DNA of 64,000 nucleotides from Bacteroidota bacterium (GTDB lineage: Bacteria; Bacteroidota; Bacteroidia; UKL13-3): positions 2,152 through 66,151 of the forward strand of contig JBKDBG010000077.1 of the NCBI GenBank assembly GCA_046314755.1, in the 5' to 3' direction. Made by a program: the position numbers and the translations under genes. The first letter of the stretch is position 1, and each line of letters opens with the position of its first letter. Positions 58,788 through 64,000 of this stretch are shown in pieces. The notes beneath the pieces are model-generated. The model had not been told where the DNA came from. It did no database searches and worked only from the letters and a program-made list of their open reading frames with translations.

Positions 58788-59936
58788 TTAGTTCCCTCCA
58801 TGCTGATAACAATACCCATTGCTGCTTCTTGTCATTCGGCTGCAACGTTTTCCTTTTTTGGTGGTACCCATACATTGTGTTGAAGTTGTGCTTTTTACAC
58901 TTTGTTGTTCGGTTTGTGTTTGCCCGCCACCACCAACTTGTTGTTGATGTACATGGCAATAACCGTTACTGTTTAAGGTATTGTTTCTGCAACGGCTGCC
59001 TGCCTTGGTAGTGCCGCTGCATTGCACCGAAGTGCTAGTGGCATTTTCTTTTTCTTTTTCGTTGATGTTTTTGTTGCCATTATGATCCCAAGTCCAACAT
59101 GAAACACATCGCATTTTTTCAATCAACTTTTCTTGGTCATCGGGTAATAAAGGAAAAAAATCAAGGCCGGTTAAAGCTTCCACACTGTCAACCGATACGG
59201 CAAACTTTTGTAAAGGCTCGGCACTGCTTTGGTTGGGCAAAATAAAACCGATGGCTTTAACACCCGGCTCGCTGTAATCTAAAATTACTTTGTAGTAAAA
59301 GTTAGGAACCGAAACTTGGTTAGGGCCAATGGCCGGTAATCCGGGGGTTAAAACAGGTCCCGTTATTACATAAATGGAATTGTTTTCAATGGCCCAATTG
59401 CGTACCAACTCCTCTAATTTTTTCCAAACACCACGGTTAAAACCAGGCACTTGCGGGCTCATATTGCTGTAATAAAAACTTTCGGCCATGGTGGTTTCCG
59501 ACCAACCCATGTCGGCAGCAGGCGCCAAATGTCCTCTGTCGAATCCTGATGAGGCATAATCTTTATCCGTGGCAGTTCTAGTTTTTACATACGGATCGGG
59601 TTTAAATTTATTGGTGCGAGATACGCGTTTATTAGTTTCTTCTTTGGTAAGTTCATATGCTACCCAAGCCGCTTGTTCATGAGTTTCGCTATACATTAAG
59701 GTAAAACCGGTGTGGGTTACAATTTCATCTTTGGGTTTAATGGCAGGCAGTTCCAATTTTTGAATGGACTGAGGTTTAATCTTATTGAGGGGTAAGCTAT
59801 CGGCATAAACCCAACTGCCATCATTCCATAACAACACTTTTTTGCCGTTGCCAATTATTAAGGCTTCTTGTTGGGCATAAACGGTGTAAATTAAACCACA
59901 TAAAAACAACAACAAGATGTTTAATTTTTTCATCAT
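58788..59936 (-). CDS. Secreted DNA/RNA non-specific endonuclease (NucA / EndoG beta-beta-alpha-Me family) with two C-terminal Cys3-His modules
   Basis: Signal peptide MMKKLNILLLFLCGLIYTVYAQ. Active-site block FDRGHLAPAADM...SNMSPQ...FNRG. Two CX9CX10CX2H repeats lie in the last 79 aa. Confidence 0.85.
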   Translation of the reverse strand: MMKKLNILLLFLCGLIYTVYAQQEALIIGNGKKVLLWNDGSWVYADSLPLNKIKPQSIQKLELPAIKPKDEIVTHTGFTLMYSETHEQAAWVAYELTKEETNKRVSRTNKFKPDPYVKTRTATDKDYASSGFDRGHLAPAADMGWSETTMAESFYYSNMSPQVPGFNRGVWKKLEELVRNWAIENNSIYVITGPVLTPGLPAIGPNQVSVPNFYYKVILDYSEPGVKAIGFILPNQSSAEPLQKFAVSVDSVEALTGLDFFPLLPDDQEKLIEKMRCVSCWTWDHNGNKNINEKEKENATSTSVQCSGTTKAGSRCRNNTLNSNGYCHVHQQQVGGGGQTQTEQQSVKSTTSTQCMGTTKKGKRCSRMTRSSNGYCYQHGGN

Positions 59937-60109
59937 TTAAGGTTGAACAATTCTATAGCAAAATAAATAATAAGGAACAAAAACTAATGATTCCTTTCAT
60001 ATCATTCGAAATTGAAGTAATACACCTGTTTTTTGCCGGTGTTTATAAATTGTGTTATTTGCTCATCACCAAATTATTATATTAGTTATTCCATCAATTC
60101 ACCAACATT

Positions 60110-60481
60110 ATGAAAAACTTATCTAAAATCGGAAGAATCATTTTTGCACTTCCATTCGGCATTTTTGGAATCCATCATTTAACCGGGGCCGATCAAATGG
60201 CCGGTATGGTGCCGGCTTTTGTTCCCGGTGGGGTTATTTGGGTTTACATCACCGGCTTGTTTTTAGTGGTGGCGAGTTTGGCCATCATCGCCAATAAAAT
60301 GGTTAAACAAGCTTCTTTAGGTGTGGCTTTACTCATGCTGCTATTTGTACTTACTGTTCATTTACCCGGAGTGGGTAGTGCAGATAAGATGACCCAAATG
60401 CTGAGTATGGTTGGCTTATTAAAAGATATGGCATTATTGGGTGCAGCATTAATGTTAGCCGGTAACTCGGGTGATTCGTAA
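60110..60481 (+). CDS. DoxX family membrane protein
   Basis: 123 aa with four TM helices. The N-terminus IGRIIFALPFGIFGIHHL is typical of DoxX-like proteins. Confidence 0.6.
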   Translation: MKNLSKIGRIIFALPFGIFGIHHLTGADQMAGMVPAFVPGGVIWVYITGLFLVVASLAIIANKMVKQASLGVALLMLLFVLTVHLPGVGSADKMTQMLSMVGLLKDMALLGAALMLAGNSGDS

Positions 60482-60510
60482 TAGTTTGTTTTTAAATAAT
60501 TCAGTCACTA

Positions 60511-60543
60511 AAGTCTACGGTAATTTAATCGTAGACTTTTTTA
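60511..60543 (+). terminator. Rho-independent terminator
   Basis: Stem AAGTCTACG/CGTAGACTT (9 bp, 10-nt loop) running into TTTTTT. Confidence 0.65.
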
Positions 60544-60626
60544 TTTGATTTGAGTTTGTTTAAAAGCAATAAAATAGCTTAACTTGCAAGCATAAACGCT
60601 CAGCAAACCTTTACAACTTTGCTGTT

Positions 60627-60634
60627 TACATTTG
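60627..60634 (+). promoter_or_regulatory. Candidate -7 promoter box TACATTTG
   Basis: Exact TAnnTTTG match 12 nt upstream of ATG 60647. Confidence 0.4.
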
Positions 60635-60646
60635 AAATTTAGTTAG

Positions 60647-61408
60647 ATGAAGCACGAATTGGAGATGCCCGAGTACAATACAGCTCGCGGTATAATGCAA
60701 ATCTCGGAGTATGGCAGAAACATTCAAAAAATGGTTGACTATGCCGTTCAAGAACCCGATAGAGAAAAACGCAACAACTTAGCCCATGCTTTAGTGCAAT
60801 TAATGGGAATTCTTAATCCCGCCTTGCGCGATGTAAGCGAGTACAAACAAAAGTTGTGGGATCACTTATTTGTGATTAGTGATTTTAAACTTGATGTGGA
60901 TTCTCCATATCCAATTCCAACACGCGAAAGTGTTTATCAAAAGCCGGAGGTGATGTCATACCCGCAGGCGCATATTCGTTTTCGCTTTTACGGTAAAAAT
61001 ATTAAAATGATGATTGACCGTGCAGGTGATATGCCTGAAGGTCCAACCCGAGCAGGGTTTATTAATTTGATTGGTTCATTTATGAAACAATCTTGCAAAA
61101 ACTGGAACGAGGAGCAGTTGAGTGACGAAGAAATTATGTCGCATTTGGAAATGTTAAGCGGTGGTAAGATTAAACTTTCAACCGAAGAAGATGTACAGTT
61201 TAACGCCTTACAAAACCAATACCGTGGTGGAGGAAACCGTAACTTTAAAGGTGGAGGAAGCAATGCCGGAAGCCGTAATTTTAGCAGAGGCAACCAAGGC
61301 GGTGGAAACAATAACAACAATAATCGCAACCGCAACAACCAAGGAAATAAGGGCGGAAGCGGAAGTAATAATAACAACAACAACCGCAACTTCCGCAAAA
61401 ATCGCTAA
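60647..61408 (+). CDS. DUF4290 domain protein with a long G/N/R-rich low-complexity C-terminal tail
   Basis: YNTARGIMQISEYGRNIQKMVDYA...REKRN...ALVQLMG resembles DUF4290. The last roughly 65 aa read RGGGNRNFKGGGSNAGSRNFSRGNQGGGNNNNNNRNRNNQGNKGGSGSNNNNNNRNFRKNR. Confidence 0.6.
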   Translation: MKHELEMPEYNTARGIMQISEYGRNIQKMVDYAVQEPDREKRNNLAHALVQLMGILNPALRDVSEYKQKLWDHLFVISDFKLDVDSPYPIPTRESVYQKPEVMSYPQAHIRFRFYGKNIKMMIDRAGDMPEGPTRAGFINLIGSFMKQSCKNWNEEQLSDEEIMSHLEMLSGGKIKLSTEEDVQFNALQNQYRGGGNRNFKGGGSNAGSRNFSRGNQGGGNNNNNNRNRNNQGNKGGSGSNNNNNNRNFRKNR

Positions 61409-61486
61409 GGATATCATTGTCCGTACGCTTGTATTAAGCGAAAACATTTTCATTTATTATTATACATTAATGCGTGCAGTAGCCGT

Positions 61487-64000
61487 ATGAAAGAATATAA
61501 TTTTACAGAGATTGAACAACGTTGGCAAGCCTATTGGAAAGCCAATAAAACCTATAAAGTAACTGAAGATACTTCAAAACCTAAATGTTATGTATTGGAT
61601 ATGTTTCCATATCCGAGTGGTGCCGGCTTACATGTTGGACATCCGTTGGGTTACATTGCTTCTGATATTTACGCCCGATACAAAAGGTTAAAAGGTTACA
61701 ACGTATTGCACCCGATGGGGTACGATTCATTTGGTTTGCCTGCTGAACAATATGCCATTCAAACCGGCCAACATCCGGCAATTACTACTGAAAAAAATAT
61801 TGCCCGTTACCGTGAACAGTTGGATAAAATTGGGTTTTGTTATGATTGGGAGAGAGAAGTGCGTACTTCAAATCCGGATTATTACCGTTGGACCCAATGG
61901 ATATTTATTCAACTATTTAACTCATGGTACAACCCCGAAACCAACCAAGCAGAACCTATCGAAACACTTATTGAGCTTTTTGCTTCAAAAGGTTTTTCAG
62001 GTAATGATGATTCTATTTTAACAGGTGGTATTGAACTTAACTTTCATCCTTTTACCGCAGGGGAGTGGAATACGTTTGATAACCAAAAGAAGCAGGAAAT
62101 TCTATTAGGATTCAGGCTTGCGTATTTGAGTGAAGCTTATGTAAATTGGTGTCCGCAATTGGGTACTGTGCTAAGTAACGATGAGGTAAAAGACGGAGTG
62201 AGTGAACGTGGCGGATATCCGGTTGAACGCAAATTGATGAAACAATGGAGCATGCGTATTACTGCGTATGCCGATAGGTTATTGAATGATTTAAACGGAA
62301 TTGATTGGACCGAAAGTTTAAAAGATGCGCAACGGAACTGGATAGGGAAATCGCAGGGGTCGAGTTTGTTTTTTGATGTGCAAGACAGTGCCTTAAACAT
62401 TGAGGTTTTCACCACACGCCCCGATACCATTTTTGGTGTAAGCTATATTGCTGTTGCACCTGAATATGAATTTTTAGATGAGTTGGTTCATTCTGATTAC
62501 TTAGCCGAGGTACAAGCTTACGTTGAAACGGCCAAAAATCGTAGCGAACGTGAACGTATGGCCGATGTGAAAAAGGTGAGCGGAGCATTTACCGGAATGT
62601 ATGCTATACATCCGTTTAGTGGTAATGAAGTGCCTATTTGGGTGGCCGATTATGTATTGGCCGGTTATGGAACAGGTGCAGTAATGGGCGTTCCTGCGCA
62701 TGATAGCCGCGACTTTTTATTTGCCAAACATTTTGAGTTAAACATTATTCCTGTGGTTGAAATTCCTAAAGACCACGATTTAAATACCGCTTCATACGAT
62801 GCCAAAGAAGGCAAAATGATTAATTCCGATTTTTTAAACGGATTGAATGTAAAAGAAGCAATTAAAAAAGCCATTGAATATATTGATAAACAAGGCATAG
62901 GACAAGGCAAAACCAACTACCGTTTGCGTGATGCCATTTTTGGCCGCCAACGTTATTGGGGTGAACCTATTCCTGTGTATTATAAAAACGGATTACCTTA
63001 TCCAATTCCGGTTAATAAACTCCCATTGGTATTACCTGAAGTAGATAAATTTTTACCCACCGAAGATGGTGAACCGCCATTGGCCAGGGCCGAAAAATGG
63101 ATGTGGAATGAAGAAAAAGGTTGTGTAGACAACGAAGGTTATCCTATTGAAACTACTACCATGCCGGGTTGGGCAGGAAGCAGTTGGTACTTTTTGCGCT
63201 ACATGGATCCTAAAAATGATAAGGAGTTGGTGAGTAAAGAGGCTGCAGCGTATTGGAAAAATGTTGACCTGTATTTGGGTGGTAGCGAACACGCCACCGG
63301 ACATTTATTGTACGTACGTTTTTGGACCAAATTTTTGTACGACCGCGGATTTATTCCCGTGCAAGAACCTGCCCAAAAGTTGATTAACCAAGGGATGATT
63401 CAGGGGATGAGTGAAAAAATTATTAAGCTACTTGGAAGACCGTTAAATGAAAATGAAAATATTGATTTCGGTCTATTGCCATTCCCATTAAACAATTCTA
63501 AAATCAGACCTCACAAAAAAATAAAAAATTTCTTTGTGAGTGCAGATAGAGCAAAGAGAGATGTTAAGCTTGAAAATTGCATTCACTTAAATGTTCCAAT
63601 TGACATCGTAGAGAATTCAATTCTGTCGCTTAAAGACTATATTGACTTTTTACCAATAGAAGATAAAGATTCTGCCTTCATTGTTGATGGTGATTACTAT
63701 TTTTATGAAGGAGAATGGTACGATGCAAACGGAGCGAAATTAGACGGAAGGACTTTTAATTTCACTACTAAACAAGAAGTTGAGAAAATGTCTAAATCAA
63801 AATGGAACGTTGTTACTCCTGACTCCATAGTAGCTGACTACGGTGCCGACACGCTGCGTTTGTATGAAATGTTTTTGGGTCCGTTGGAGCAAAGCAAACC
63901 ATGGAGCACACAAGGCATTGAAGGCGTGCACCGCTTTTTGAAAAAAGTGTGGCGTTTGTTTTATGATGCCGATGGAAATTTAATCGTTAACCAAGAAGTT
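61487..64000 (+). CDS. leuS: Leucine--tRNA ligase (5' part; continues beyond the right edge)
   Basis: Not in the ORF track because it is edge-truncated. My translation from ATG 61487 is [25 protein letters not shown]...[16 protein letters not shown] (HIGH motif) ...[12 protein letters not shown] (KMSKS motif at 63785-63799). Confidence 0.92.
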   Translation, partial: MKEYNFTEIEQRWQAYWKANKTYKVTEDTSKPKCYVLDMFPYPSGAGLHVGHPLGYIASDIYARYKRLKGYNVLHPMGYDSFGLPAEQYAIQTGQHPAITTEKNIARYREQLDKIGFCYDWEREVRTSNPDYYRWTQWIFIQLFNSWYNPETNQAEPIETLIELFASKGFSGNDDSILTGGIELNFHPFTAGEWNTFDNQKKQEILLGFRLAYLSEAYVNWCPQLGTVLSNDEVKDGVSERGGYPVERKLMKQWSMRITAYADRLLNDLNGIDWTESLKDAQRNWIGKSQGSSLFFDVQDSALNIEVFTTRPDTIFGVSYIAVAPEYEFLDELVHSDYLAEVQAYVETAKNRSERERMADVKKVSGAFTGMYAIHPFSGNEVPIWVADYVLAGYGTGAVMGVPAHDSRDFLFAKHFELNIIPVVEIPKDHDLNTASYDAKEGKMINSDFLNGLNVKEAIKKAIEYIDKQGIGQGKTNYRLRDAIFGRQRYWGEPIPVYYKNGLPYPIPVNKLPLVLPEVDKFLPTEDGEPPLARAEKWMWNEEKGCVDNEGYPIETTTMPGWAGSSWYFLRYMDPKNDKELVSKEAAAYWKNVDLYLGGSEHATGHLLYVRFWTKFLYDRGFIPVQEPAQKLINQGMIQGMSEKIIKLLGRPLNENENIDFGLLPFPLNNSKIRPHKKIKNFFVSADRAKRDVKLENCIHLNVPIDIVENSILSLKDYIDFLPIEDKDSAFIVDGDYYFYEGEWYDANGAKLDGRTFNFTTKQEVEKMSKSKWNVVTPDSIVADYGADTLRLYEMFLGPLEQSKPWSTQGIEGVHRFLKKVWRLFYDADGNLIVNQEV

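Noticed and set aside
60988-61490. Three overlapping ORFs (136 aa minus, 109 aa plus, 81 aa minus) over the 3' end of the DUF4290 gene
   Set aside because: The GGN/AAC/AAT low-complexity DNA lacks stop codons in several frames. The translations are homopolymeric (L/P or T/A/V-rich), and the DUF4290 frame is continuous with a recognisable domain.
1-64000. Genomic island, prophage or defence locus
   Set aside because: I saw no integrase, transposase, tRNA attachment site, phage structural gene, restriction-modification, CRISPR-Cas, toxin-antitoxin pair or abrupt compositional block. The PIN-PhoH, YraN and GxxExxY nuclease-fold proteins are widespread housekeeping or multicopy families rather than recognisable defence modules.

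Overview
This is a densely coding, AT-rich chromosomal segment. Its gene content and signals point to Bacteroidota: many C-terminal T9SS sorting domains, DUF4199/DUF1573/DUF4290/GSCFA families, TAnnTTTG -7 promoter boxes, and short leaders without a Shine-Dalgarno sequence. Most of the window is ordinary core genome. That includes gyrA, lpxB, lipB, dgkA, yraN, a leuS 5' part, a sufBCD-sufS-sufE-sufT operon, hbd, htrA, an ABC-F ATPase, a PIN-PhoH ATPase, and an aminotransferase/omega-amidase pair. I saw no rRNA, tRNA, CRISPR array, transposase, integrase or recognisable defence system. The unusual content is as follows. (1) A 9.4 kb gene encodes a roughly 3,100 aa T9SS-cargo surface protein, and its 3' third holds nine tandem 273-nt Ig-like repeats with a near-identical mosaic core. 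(2) A GxxExxY (PD-(D/E)XK-like) gene sits inside the suf operon between sufD and sufS, bracketed by inverted arrays of a CACNAAG heptamer. (3) A secreted NucA-type endonuclease carries two C-terminal C-x9-C-x10-C-x2-H modules and lies next to a signal-less PhoD-like protein with apparently altered metal motifs. (4) The window is enriched for T9SS cargo (M1 and M36 peptidases, a serine hydrolase, a small Cys-rich protein, the giant protein) and also encodes a DUF5103 T9SS-plug-like protein. (5) There are several tightly coupled operons whose logic is unclear: GGR-like flavoprotein / beta-lactamase-like hydrolase / PduO adenosyltransferase, and DUF4199-GT2-GT4-GT4. I cannot point to a convincing previously undescribed multi-gene system. 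The GxxExxY cassette, the repeat array and the nuclease modules are the best leads. All calls come from reading the ORF translations and the DNA by eye; no database search was run.
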